NCBI GenBank assembly: GCA_033723415.1
Contig: JAWVXD010000002.1
Coordinates: 32,001-96,000 of the forward strand
From: Sulfurospirillaceae bacterium
GTDB taxonomy: Bacteria; Campylobacterota; Campylobacteria; Campylobacterales; Sulfurospirillaceae
DNA: 64,000 nucleotides
Reading direction: 5' to 3'
Below the pieces are notes generated by a model that was not told where the DNA came from, ran no database searches, and worked only from the letters and a program-made list of their open reading frames with translations. Below, piece after piece: positions 11,106 through 21,023 of this stretch (its first letter is position 1; each line of letters starts with the position of its first letter). The position numbers and the translations under genes were made by a program.

Positions 11106-12158
11106 ATGATGGAACTCTCATATAATGTACTTATAGTTGATGATATCAGTGACAATATAAAAATTGCAATGAATATCTTAAAAGGAAGCAATTATAATTT
11201 TTCTTTTGCCCTAAATGGAAAAAAAGCACTAGAGATAATTAAAAATAAAAGATTTGATCTGATCTTATTAGACATCATGATGCCGCAGATGAACGGTTTT
11301 GAAGTATGTAAAATACTAAAACAAGATCCGATAACACAAGATATCCCTATCATATTTTTGACTGCGAAAACAGATATAGACTCTATAACAGAAGGCTTTA
11401 AATTAGGTGCTGTTGATTATATCACCAAACCTTTTTATGCAGAAGAACTTATAGCAAGGGTTACGACTCATTTAGAACTATACAGAGCAAAAGAAGTACT
11501 AAAGAAAAACAATTTGGATCTAAATATAAAGATGATTCAAACAGAAAAGAGACTGATCTCCGAACTTGAAGAGACTCAAAAAGAGATCATTTACCTTCTA
11601 ACCGAAATGATGGAAGCCACTTCCGATGAAACAGGGAAACATATAAAGAGAGTTGCCGAGATATCCAAACTCCTCGCGGTACTACATGGTAGTCTGGGAG
11701 AAGATGAAGTGATGGAAGTATTTTACGCATCACCGTTACATGACATAGGCAAGATCACTATCCCTCAACATATATTGCATAAACCTGGTAAATACACGGA
11801 AGAAGAATTTATCATCATGAAAGAGCACACCACAAATGCTCACAAATTCTTGCAACACTCTAACAGAAGATTAATGAAAGCCGGAGCTATCATCGCTTAT
11901 CAACATCATGAGAAATGGGACGGCACAGGATATCCGCGAGGTATTAAAGGTGAAGAAATCCATATCTATGGGCGAATCGTAGCGATAGCTGATGTTTTAG
12001 ATGCTTTGACGCACAAAAGAGTTTATAAGGACTCTTGGAACTTCGATAAAGCCAAAGACTACATCATAGAGCGAAAAGGAAAACAGTTTGACCCATATTT
12101 GGTAGATCTCTTTGAAAAAAATCTAGAAAGTTTTAGAAATATTATAGAAGAAAAGTAA
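11106..12158 (+). CDS. Response regulator with HD-GYP c-di-GMP phosphodiesterase domain (RpfG-like)
   Basis: REC 'LIVDD..LLDIMMP..KPF'; 'LHDIGK', 'HHEKWDGTGYP'. Confidence 0.93.
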   Translation: MMELSYNVLIVDDISDNIKIAMNILKGSNYNFSFALNGKKALEIIKNKRFDLILLDIMMPQMNGFEVCKILKQDPITQDIPIIFLTAKTDIDSITEGFKLGAVDYITKPFYAEELIARVTTHLELYRAKEVLKKNNLDLNIKMIQTEKRLISELEETQKEIIYLLTEMMEATSDETGKHIKRVAEISKLLAVLHGSLGEDEVMEVFYASPLHDIGKITIPQHILHKPGKYTEEEFIIMKEHTTNAHKFLQHSNRRLMKAGAIIAYQHHEKWDGTGYPRGIKGEEIHIYGRIVAIADVLDALTHKRVYKDSWNFDKAKDYIIERKGKQFDPYLVDLFEKNLESFRNIIEEK

Positions 12159-15100
12159 TGAAAACGATCCTGGGGTTTTGTTTCATTCTTGTGTTTCACA
12201 TATCCATCTTAAATGCCTCTGTTCATTTTACCCCTGAAGAGCTCAATTATATAAAACAACATCCTGTTGTAATGCTTGGAGCAGATTATAAATGGCCGCC
12301 TTTTGATTTTGCTGATCAAGACGGTGTACCCTCAGGACTTTCGAGTGATTTTATAAAGCTAGTTTCTCAAAAAAGCGGTTTAAAATTTGAAATAAAACCT
12401 GGTATATGGGCAAATGTACTAAAAAAAGTTCAAAATAAAAAATATGATGGTCTGACTTGCGCAGTAAAAACAAAAACAAGAGAAAAATATCTAAACTTTA
12501 CAAAACCGTACCTCTCAGTACCTATGGTTATAGTAACACAAACCGATACCAAGGGAATCAACAAACTATCTGATCTCAATGGAAAAGTAGTCTCGGTAAA
12601 TAAAGACTCATATATAAACGAATGGTTACAAAAAAAATATCCAAAAATCAAACTCAAACTTTCCAATTCAAATGAACAATCTCTCGAAATGCTGTCATTT
12701 GGGAGTGTGGATGCATATGTCGGAAATCTTGCTGTCAGCACATATATCATAAACAAATATCTTCTTAATAATCTCAAGATCGCAGCAAAAGTGGATGATT
12801 TCAATACCTCTGTTAGTATAGCGATAAACAAAGACAAACCTCTTCTCTTTAGTATAATCCAAAAAAGTTTGGACAGTATATCAACACAAGAGATGCAAAA
12901 AATAAAAAGCAGATGGAGTGAAAATCTTGCTATGCCTAATGAGCTTTTAAAATTTACAAAAAAAGAACAGGCATGGATCGATAAACATAAAAAGATAAGA
13001 TTTGTCATCGATAATGATTTTGGACCGCTTGAATACCTTTCAAAAGGTCCTGATGCTAAATATTTAGGGATCGCAAGCAGCTACCTGCAGATCATCAGTA
13101 AAAAAACAGGCATAACATTTATCAGAGTTCCAACAAAAGTCTGGTCACAAAGCGTTGACATGATCAATGAAAGAAAAGCCGATATGTACACTTGCCTACT
13201 AAAAACACCCTCAAGGGAGAAGGTAGTAAATTTTTCTAAACCATATATCACCATGCCACAAGTCTTTATAACAAGAAAAGATGCAGGATTTATAGCCGAT
13301 ATTCAAGAGCTATATGGCAAAAAAATCGTCTTGGTGAAGAGCTATGCGATCAGCGAAATACTCCAAAAGGAACACCACAGATCAAGTACCTCATCGTTCC
13401 AAACATCATGGATGCCTTTAAAGCTATAGTCAAAGGGAAAGCTTATGCGTATATAGATCTTTTGCCGGTTGCCAGCAACTATATTCAACAGATGGGACTC
13501 TCCAATCTAAAAATCTCCGGGATCAGTAACTATAAATCAAATTTTAGGATGGCTTTGCGTAATGACTGGGGAACTGAAGGTATCAAAGTCTTGAACAAAG
13601 TAATAGACTCAATCTCAGAAAGTGACAAAACTAAAATATATAACAAATGGGTTCGAGTGAAATTTGACAAGGCAGTTGATTATACACTATTAGCGGAAAT
13701 TGCCGGAGTATTTTTACTGATCATAGCCGCTTCATTGTTTTGGAATAGAAAACTCTCTATAGAAATCGAAAAAAGAAAAAGAATTGAATTAAAACTAAAA
13801 GAATTGAATAAAAAATTGGCACATGCCACAAATGAAGCAAAAAGCGCAAGTAAAGCAAAATCAAACTTTCTATCCAATATGAGTCATGAGATAAGAACAC
13901 CAATGAACTCTATCTTGGGATTTGCCGAACTTTTAGATGAAAAAGTAGAAGATAAAAAGCTCAAATCTTTTATCAAAACTATCAGATCATCCGGAGAAAG
14001 CTTGCTTGTCCTGATCAATGATATATTAGATCTTTCTAAGATCGAATCAGGGAAATTAGAGATCATCAATAGCAAAACAAATATCAAAAAAATACTAGAA
14101 GAGAGTATAAGTATATTTACCTTGCAAGCTGAACAAAAAAACATATTGCTTGAATTAAGCATTGATAGTATGATGCCTGATGCCGTATTGATAGATCAAG
14201 TCAGACTCAAAGAGATAATCATAAATCTCATAGGAAATGCACTAAAATTTACAGAAATCGGTTCTGTGAAAATTATAGCAAAAGTAAATGCCGTGTATGA
14301 GCATCTCAGCAAAGTTGATTTAGAAATAAGAGTAGAAGACAGCGGTATCGGGATAGCAAAAGAGGCTCAAGAACAAATCTTCAATGTATTTGAACAACAA
14401 AACAATCAAGATGTAAGAAAATACGGCGGTACAGGTTTGGGACTTGCTATAAGCAGAAAACTTGCTATCCTTATGGGCGGAACACTGGTAGTTCAAAGTG
14501 AAATAGGCGAAGGCTCAACCTTTATTTTAGAACTAAAGAATCTTGACATAGCTTCCTTACATGACCAAAAAAATCCAGATACGATGGTTGATGATTATAG
14601 CTATGTTGAGTTTGAAAAAGCTGTGATATTAGTGACTGATGACATCGAACAAAATAGAACTTTAGTCAAAGAGTGTTTTACCAATACCAAAATAAAAGTG
14701 ATTGAAGCCCTAAACGGACAAGATGCTATAGATCAAGTCAAGAACAACATGATAGACCTGATCTTAATGGATATAAGGATGCCTATACTTGATGGTTACA
14801 GCGCTACTGAAATCATCAAAAAAAACTTTGATATACCTATAATAGCATTGACTGCCTCAATAATGCAAGATGATATAAACAAACAAAAGATAAAAATATT
14901 TGATGGATATCTAAGAAAACCAGTGTCTAAAAATGAACTATATGGCGAAGTATCAAAATTTTTGAAATATAAAATAAAGAAAAAAGAAAAAAGCGCAGAT
15001 ATCGAAGTGGAAGATATACAAGAATTAAAAAGCTTTTTAAATGTCGTATCTCTAGAACTTAAACCCTCTTTTGAATTAGCTAAAAGAACAAACGATTTAC

Positions 15101-15294
15101 AAACCATATCAGCTTTTGCAAATGATCTAAATACATTATCCATCAAACACAATATAAAATGCATGATTCATTTTAGTGAAACTCTTTTGGAGAAAGTCGA
15201 CTCATTTGAGATAGAAACTATAAGCGCAATGCTAAACGAATACGAAAAAATTATGAGCAAACTGATAAAACTCAGTAACGAGCGATCAAACTAA
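12158..15294 (+). pseudogene. Hybrid sensor histidine kinase (two periplasmic SBP domains-TM-HisKA-HATPase-REC, BvgS/EvgS-like), split by an apparent 1-bp deletion near 13375
   Basis: ORFs 12158..13429 and 13408..15294 join as '...LQKEHPQIKYLIVPNIMDAFKA...' if one C is added at 13375-13376; 'NMSHEIRTPMN', 'GGTGLGLAIS', 'LMDIRMP'. May be a sequencing error. Confidence 0.8.
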
Positions 15295-15317
15295 TTTTTG
15301 AATATTTTCTTCACGCT

Positions 15318-17177
15318 TTAAAGGATTCTTATACAATTTCTACCGGAGCTTTTTGCTTGATATAGTGCCTCATCTGCTCTGGCAACCATCTCATGTGCTT
15401 TGTCATCAGAACGAAAGATAGTCATGCCGAAACTTGCTGTTTTATGAATAATTACAGGAAACACGTAACTTTCTATAGTTTTTCTTAGTTTTTCCGTTAA
15501 ATTCAAAAGATTCTCTTTAGTTATATTTTTCACTATCATGAGAAATTCTTCACCGCCCCATCGACCTATGACATCAGTATCTCTGGAATTATTTTTTAGT
15601 ATATTTGCGAACTCGCACAGTATTTTATCTCCTACTTGATGTCCATGCTTATCATTTACTGATTTGAAAAAATCAATATCCATCATAATAACACCAAAAA
15701 CCGTACTATAACGTTCAGAATGTTTCAACTCTATCTTTAAAACTTCATCTATTTTGGATCGATTATATAAACCTGTGAGGTAATCTTTAGTTACCAATTC
15801 ATTTAGTAGAAAATTTTTCTCTTTTATTTCTCTTGTGCGCTCTTTCACTTTTGCTTCTAGCTCTTTTCGTTTATTTATCTCTTCGACTGTCCACAATACT
15901 CCTTTGCTCAAATCAGCAGGAATATTTTCATCCAGTGCCTTTCCTGAAAGTTCACACCATGTAGGAGTCCCGTCTTTTTTTCTAAGTTTATATTCTAAAT
16001 TAAAAACTTCTCTTTCTCTTAAAGACTCAAAAATCTTTTGACCGAAGTTTTCAAATCTTTTTTGTGTAAGATGCAACTGACGCATACTTATACCTATCAT
16101 ATCTTTTGGGCTATCATAACCAAAGATATCTGCTAGATGTTGATTGCCTTTTATCAATTTTCTTTCACCTGTTATATACATTAACCCTACAAGCGCATTA
16201 TCGAATAATTGTGAAAGTTCATATTCTCGTGCTTTCAGCTTTTTATTTGATGTCTTTGTTTGTTCTAAGATTACACGTTCTTTTTCTTTTATAATCTTCT
16301 CATTGTAAGATTTCTCAATCGCAACTGAAGCCAAATGTGCATAGGAACTGATAAGCTTTAACTCAAAATCAGTAGGAGTGACCGGATATCTATGGTATAT
16401 GGCAAAAGTTCCAAGTATCTCACCGCGTGATGAAAATACCGGCTCAGACCAACATGATCGAAGATTTGCTTTTTGCGCCAACTCTAAATAAGGTACCCAA
16501 TTTTCATGTGTATCGATGTCTTCTACGATCACCCGCTTTTTTTTAAATGCTGCTGCACCGCATGAACCTACCTTTTCCCCAATTTCCAAACCATGAACTG
16601 CTTTGTTGTAAAAATCCGGGAGATTTGGTGCTGATCCGTTTAACAGATGTTTTTTCTCTTCATCAAGTAACAAAATAGAACAGATTGAATTTTCATTTCT
16701 ATCTTCAGCAAGACAAATGATTTTATAAAGATTGTCTTTTAAATTGCCATGTATAGCAATATAATCGGCAATTACCTGATTATCATTGTAAATTATCTCA
16801 TATTGTTTTTCTTTTGTGGTATCTTTTGCAACACAAAATAAACCTAACTGATTTTTGTTTTCATCATATATAATATGTTTGTTCGTGTGAAAATATAAAT
16901 TTTTAGTATTATCTGTTTTTATAACTACGTCTACAGATCCATCCGTATCATTTTCCAAGATCTTTTGATCATCTTCGCTGAACTTAATAGCAAGTTCTTT
17001 CGGGAATAGATCAAAGTTTGTTTTACCGATTACATCTTCTCTGTTTTTTTTAAAAAAAGTCAAAAGTGCATTATTGCAATGCGTATACACTCCTGTCGTA
17101 TTTTTACAAAATGCAGGATCCTGTATTAATTCAATAAAAGCATCCAAGTCTTCCATGTTATATGTTGTATTTTTCAT
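15318..17177 (-). CDS. Diguanylate cyclase PAS-GAF-PAS-GGDEF
   Basis: 'DYLTGLYNR', 'MDIDFFKSVND', I-site RxxD in 'RDTD', 'GGEEF'; GAF 'SCWSEPVFSSRGEILGTFAIY'. Confidence 0.92.
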   Translation of the reverse strand: MKNTTYNMEDLDAFIELIQDPAFCKNTTGVYTHCNNALLTFFKKNREDVIGKTNFDLFPKELAIKFSEDDQKILENDTDGSVDVVIKTDNTKNLYFHTNKHIIYDENKNQLGLFCVAKDTTKEKQYEIIYNDNQVIADYIAIHGNLKDNLYKIICLAEDRNENSICSILLLDEEKKHLLNGSAPNLPDFYNKAVHGLEIGEKVGSCGAAAFKKKRVIVEDIDTHENWVPYLELAQKANLRSCWSEPVFSSRGEILGTFAIYHRYPVTPTDFELKLISSYAHLASVAIEKSYNEKIIKEKERVILEQTKTSNKKLKAREYELSQLFDNALVGLMYITGERKLIKGNQHLADIFGYDSPKDMIGISMRQLHLTQKRFENFGQKIFESLREREVFNLEYKLRKKDGTPTWCELSGKALDENIPADLSKGVLWTVEEINKRKELEAKVKERTREIKEKNFLLNELVTKDYLTGLYNRSKIDEVLKIELKHSERYSTVFGVIMMDIDFFKSVNDKHGHQVGDKILCEFANILKNNSRDTDVIGRWGGEEFLMIVKNITKENLLNLTEKLRKTIESYVFPVIIHKTASFGMTIFRSDDKAHEMVARADEALYQAKSSGRNCIRIL

Positions 17178-17311
17178 AATTTATAATATCATAAATTTTT
17201 TAAATAAATCATGACATGAAGGTGATTTTGATAATTAAAATTTTTTAACATAGTTGAATATTCACAAAAAAATTGCTACTATGCTGTATCATAATTTTAA
17301 AGGAAGAACTT

Positions 17312-18064
17312 TTGAATAAACAGTTTGATTTTACATCTTTTGAACTAAAAGAAGATAGATATGATGGTGTTACTATTACAAGTATCAGCATACAACATAC
17401 AAGTTTAGAGTTTGAAAAAGAGATACTGAACATCATAGAAAATATTACAAGTAAAAAACTTCTCTGGATAAAACTCTCGATAGAGCGCTCCGATTTAGTT
17501 CCTGTTCTGACAAAACACGGTTTTGTGTTTCACCATTGCAACGAGTGTGATATTACTCTGGTCAAAAAACTCATCGAAAACCCTATCATTCCTACAGCTG
17601 TAAATCATACTTTGGGAGTAGGCGTAGTAGTTTTTCATGGCAAGAATATTCTCTTGATCAAAGACAGAATATGGCAAACATATAAACTGCCTGGAGGCTT
17701 TATAGATGATGGAGAAAACATTTCACAAGCAGTAGAAAGAGAAGTATATGAAGAAACCGGTGTACAAGTAAAATTTGATACGATAATCAGCTTAGGGCAT
17801 TTTTTACCTGCACAATTTGGCGAATCAAACCTTTATGTTATATCTTTAGCCAAACCTTTGTCTACACAAATAGATATAAAAGATGATCATGAGATACTTG
17901 AAGCAAGATGGATGGATGTTGAAGAATACCTCAGCCGTGATGATGTCCTCCCTTACAATAAAGCTATAGTAAAAAATGCTCTACACAAAAAAGAAGGATT
18001 GAAGATACACAACAATATAGAACTCGTCTCAAAACAAAATATGCAGTATGAGCTCTTTTTCTAA
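17312..18064 (+). CDS. NUDIX hydrolase with N-terminal extension (Nudt6-like)
   Basis: Nudix box 'GGFIDDGENISQAVEREVYEETGV'; start placed at TTG 17312 behind AGGA. Confidence 0.88.
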   Translation: MNKQFDFTSFELKEDRYDGVTITSISIQHTSLEFEKEILNIIENITSKKLLWIKLSIERSDLVPVLTKHGFVFHHCNECDITLVKKLIENPIIPTAVNHTLGVGVVVFHGKNILLIKDRIWQTYKLPGGFIDDGENISQAVEREVYEETGVQVKFDTIISLGHFLPAQFGESNLYVISLAKPLSTQIDIKDDHEILEARWMDVEEYLSRDDVLPYNKAIVKNALHKKEGLKIHNNIELVSKQNMQYELFF

Positions 18065-18090
18065 GCTTTTCAAAAACGCACCCGTCAAGA

Positions 18091-18119
18091 TTGTATAAAA
18101 AATTATACTTTGCTATAAT
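18091..18119 (+). promoter_or_regulatory. Sigma70-type promoter
   Basis: TTGTAT (18091-96), 17 bp, TATAAT (18114-19), with extended -10 TG at 18111-12. Confidence 0.6.
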
Positions 18120-18144
18120 AACCCATCAAAACAAAGGAGAAACC

Positions 18145-18231
18145 ATGAAAAATGATCATACGATGATTTCAATATCCACAGCAAAAATCCCTACTTTAAG
18201 CCTCTGTATTCTCCTGCTGCAACTCCTATAA
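18145..18231 (+). CDS. Putative 28-aa small protein, or 5' part of a decayed membrane-protein gene
   Basis: AAGGAG RBS then ATG 18145; reads MKNDHTMISISTAKIPTLSLCILLLQLL*. Confidence 0.35.
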   Translation: MKNDHTMISISTAKIPTLSLCILLLQLL

Positions 18232-18425
18232 TTTTCCTCGATTTTTTATTTTACTGTTAATTTTCTAGTTTTGCCATTTTGGGCGTAATCGTCCGTAGTT
18301 TGGCATTTTCATTATTTTTTAATTATCATGATATGGATATTTTGATGCAAGCACATACAAAATAGGCTGATCGAAACGATTAAAAACATCTCTCAAAAAA
18401 TAACACAATGAACAAAGAAGGCACT

Positions 18426-19190
18426 ATGAAACACAAATGGAAAGCAGACGCCTACGCGTCAAATTCAAAAGGACAAGAGATTTGGGCAAAAGAGTTGATA
18501 GAAAAGATGCACTTACAAGGATGCGAGACAATCCTCGATATCGGTTGCGGTGATGGCAAGATCACGAACTATTTGGCTGGACTTACGACATCTCAGGTTA
18601 CGGGAATCGACTTGAGCCATGATATGATCGCTTTTGCAAAAAAAAGTTTTGTAAAGCCACGATTTATCCAAATGGGAGCAGAAGATCTCAAATTTGACTC
18701 TGAATTTGATCTCATATTTTCCAATGCAGCACTTCACTGGGTAAAAGATCATGATGCGGTTGTAAGAGGCATCTATAAAGCACTAAAACCAGGGGGCAAG
18801 ATATTGCTTCAAATGGGTGGTAAAGGCAATGCTTTTGAAGTATTTAAAGCACTGGAATTTGTGAAAAAAGAGTATGTGCCTTATTTTAAAGATTTCATCT
18901 CACCTTATACCTTTCACTGTGACACCTATTATATAGAGTTATTGAGAAACATAGGATTTGAAAGCTTTGACGCTACATTGATTCCAAAAGAGATGGTTCA
19001 CCAAAATATTGATGATTTCAAGGGATGGCTTGAAACGACTTGGTTTCCATTCCTAGATTGTGTGCCAAAGGTGAAAAGGGAGACTTTTCTCAACCAATGG
19101 ATTCAAACCTATTTGGATTTGACCTCTTTACATGACCAAGGTCCGATCAGTGTTTCGATGATAAGACTCGAAGTCACAGCACAAAAATAA
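18426..19190 (+). CDS. Class I SAM-dependent methyltransferase (trans-aconitate methyltransferase-like)
   Basis: 'ILDIGCGDG', 'FDLIFSNAALHWV', 'LKPGGK'. Confidence 0.9.
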   Translation: MKHKWKADAYASNSKGQEIWAKELIEKMHLQGCETILDIGCGDGKITNYLAGLTTSQVTGIDLSHDMIAFAKKSFVKPRFIQMGAEDLKFDSEFDLIFSNAALHWVKDHDAVVRGIYKALKPGGKILLQMGGKGNAFEVFKALEFVKKEYVPYFKDFISPYTFHCDTYYIELLRNIGFESFDATLIPKEMVHQNIDDFKGWLETTWFPFLDCVPKVKRETFLNQWIQTYLDLTSLHDQGPISVSMIRLEVTAQK

Positions 19191-19194
19191 AACC

Positions 19195-19219
19195 TGCCCC
19201 GTTAGAAAAATACGGGGCA
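19195..19219. terminator. Stem-loop after the methyltransferase
   Basis: TGCCCCGT / ACGGGGCA 8-bp inverted repeat right after the stop; no U-tract on the + strand. Confidence 0.55.
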
Positions 19220-19348
19220 AATAAAAATTATAAGATATTAAATGTATAATTCAACGAAAAAAAGTTAAAATTTCAAATATCACAATCGCTGAGGAGATTT
19301 CCCATAAAAAGCTTTTTAATAACAATCAAAAATGCTAAGTTCCTCTCA

Positions 19349-19855
19349 GTGGTCACTTCACTCATCTTGACATTTGTCTTTGCAATGCGAACGGATACCT
19401 TAGTGTTTTTAAATCAAGCACACACCTACATCATTTGGTTTTGGAGTACTTTGATCTCGTATCGTTTCATACATGAAAAGTCTACTCTGATTATTTTTTG
19501 TCTGCTACTTAGCGGCTTGCTGATCTTATATATAATCTTTAAAATCCTCACAAGGCCAGAATACTTAGCATATCAAGAAGACATTATTTATGATCTAAAA
19601 TGGCGTTGGAATTGGAAGCAAAATACCATATCCAATATCTGGTGCTATTGCCCAAAATGCGATTGCGCTCTCCTGTATGACGACGGTTTTTACTATAATC
19701 CCATCTCAAATATAACAAAAACCGACTTGATTTGCGAACAGTGCGACTCACAGATCATCGCCAGCATCAAAGGCGGTAACAAGGATTTTATTGTCAGGCT
19801 GGCAAAACGCGAAGTCAAAAAAAGAATTATAACCAAAGCATATAAAAAGTCTTAA
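19349..19855 (+). CDS. Hypothetical membrane protein with a putative Zn-ribbon (CPKC...CEQC); start may be ATA at 19304
   Basis: Hydrophobic N-terminus, 'KWRWNW', two CxxC pairs. Confidence 0.6.
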   Translation: MVTSLILTFVFAMRTDTLVFLNQAHTYIIWFWSTLISYRFIHEKSTLIIFCLLLSGLLILYIIFKILTRPEYLAYQEDIIYDLKWRWNWKQNTISNIWCYCPKCDCALLYDDGFYYNPISNITKTDLICEQCDSQIIASIKGGNKDFIVRLAKREVKKRIITKAYKKS

Positions 19856-19911
19856 TTTATTTTTTAAGCCGGGACATGATAAACTTGAAAAAACTCGCTA
19901 AAGGAGCATTT

Positions 19912-20445
19912 ATGAAATACTTCGTTTTTATTCTGGCATTTGCTATAAATATCACATTTGCAGGTAATTTCACATTAAAAAGCAATGATGTCGGCGGTCA
20001 GTTTACTATAAATCAAGTCTTTAACGGATTTGGATGCAGCGGCAAAAATATCTCTCCTCAGTTAAGCTGGAGCGATGCGCCAAAAGGAACCAAAAGTTTT
20101 GCTATCACTATGTATGATCCCGATGCTCCAACAGGCAGCGGCTGGTGGCATTGGATCGTTTATAATATACCAGCATCTACTTCCGATCTAGTAAGCAACG
20201 CAAGCGCATTGAAACTTCTTCCGAAAGGCTCTGTTGAAAGCGTAACAAGTTTCGGTGTGAAAGGTTTTGGCGGTGCATGCCCACCTCGCGGTGATAAAGC
20301 TCACAGATATGTTATAACAATTTACGCCCTAAATGTGACCAAGCTAGATTTAGGTGAAAACCCAAGCCCTGAGTTGGTTGGATTTAATCTAAATGCACAT
20401 GCTATACAAAAGAGTTCTATTATCTCATATTACGGTAGAAAATAA
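19912..20445 (+). CDS. YbhB/YbcL family (PEBP/RKIP-like) secreted protein
   Basis: 'GKNISPQLSW', 'YDPDAPTGSGWWHW', 'GACPPRGDKAHRY'; AAGGAG before ATG 19912. Confidence 0.92.
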   Translation: MKYFVFILAFAINITFAGNFTLKSNDVGGQFTINQVFNGFGCSGKNISPQLSWSDAPKGTKSFAITMYDPDAPTGSGWWHWIVYNIPASTSDLVSNASALKLLPKGSVESVTSFGVKGFGGACPPRGDKAHRYVITIYALNVTKLDLGENPSPELVGFNLNAHAIQKSSIISYYGRK

Positions 20446-20452
20446 ATCAAAT

Positions 20453-20487
20453 ACAGCGGCACACTTATCTTAAATGCGTGCCGCTGT
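20453..20487. terminator. Hairpin between convergent ybcL-like gene and iorB
   Basis: ACAGCGGCAC / GTGCCGCTGT 10-bp inverted repeat. Confidence 0.7.
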
Positions 20488-20492
20488 TATAT

Positions 20493-21023
20493 TTATATCG
20501 TAGAATCTTTCATCGCTTGATGTAAAACAGCGATATTTTTTTCTGCCAATTTAGAATTCATTTGAGTTATTGCTGCTTCTATATCCTTTTGTGAAAAAGG
20601 GAAATGTGGGTCTCTAGCCAGTGTTGCTCCTAACATATAGACGTTTAGAGCTTGTATATCAAATTCTTTGTCCTTTGCTTTTTGATAAGCATCAATTTTA
20701 ATACTCTCATACTCAGTCTTTGGAAAATCATCACTTGCATTTACTATGATCGTACCTGTTTTTTTGTTTAAAAACTGTATATTTCGAAGTCCTTCATTTC
20801 CATCTAGAGCGATCAACAGATCAGCTTGTCCTTGGTCAATCGCCGGTGAATAAAAATCTCCGACTTTAACATAACATGACACAGACCCGCCTCGCTGACT
20901 CATACCGTGATTTTCCGTTCCTATACACTTTTGCTCATTTATAGAAGCAGCTATGCTTAGAACTTTGACTAAAAAAACCGCACCCTGTCCTCCAATACCA
21001 GCTATGACTATCTGATACCTCAT
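20493..21023 (-). CDS. iorB: Indolepyruvate/arylpyruvate:ferredoxin oxidoreductase beta subunit
   Basis: 'AGIGGQGAV', 'ENHGMSQRGGSV', 'NVYMLGA'. Confidence 0.9.
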   Translation of the reverse strand: MRYQIVIAGIGGQGAVFLVKVLSIAASINEQKCIGTENHGMSQRGGSVSCYVKVGDFYSPAIDQGQADLLIALDGNEGLRNIQFLNKKTGTIIVNASDDFPKTEYESIKIDAYQKAKDKEFDIQALNVYMLGATLARDPHFPFSQKDIEAAITQMNSKLAEKNIAVLHQAMKDSTI

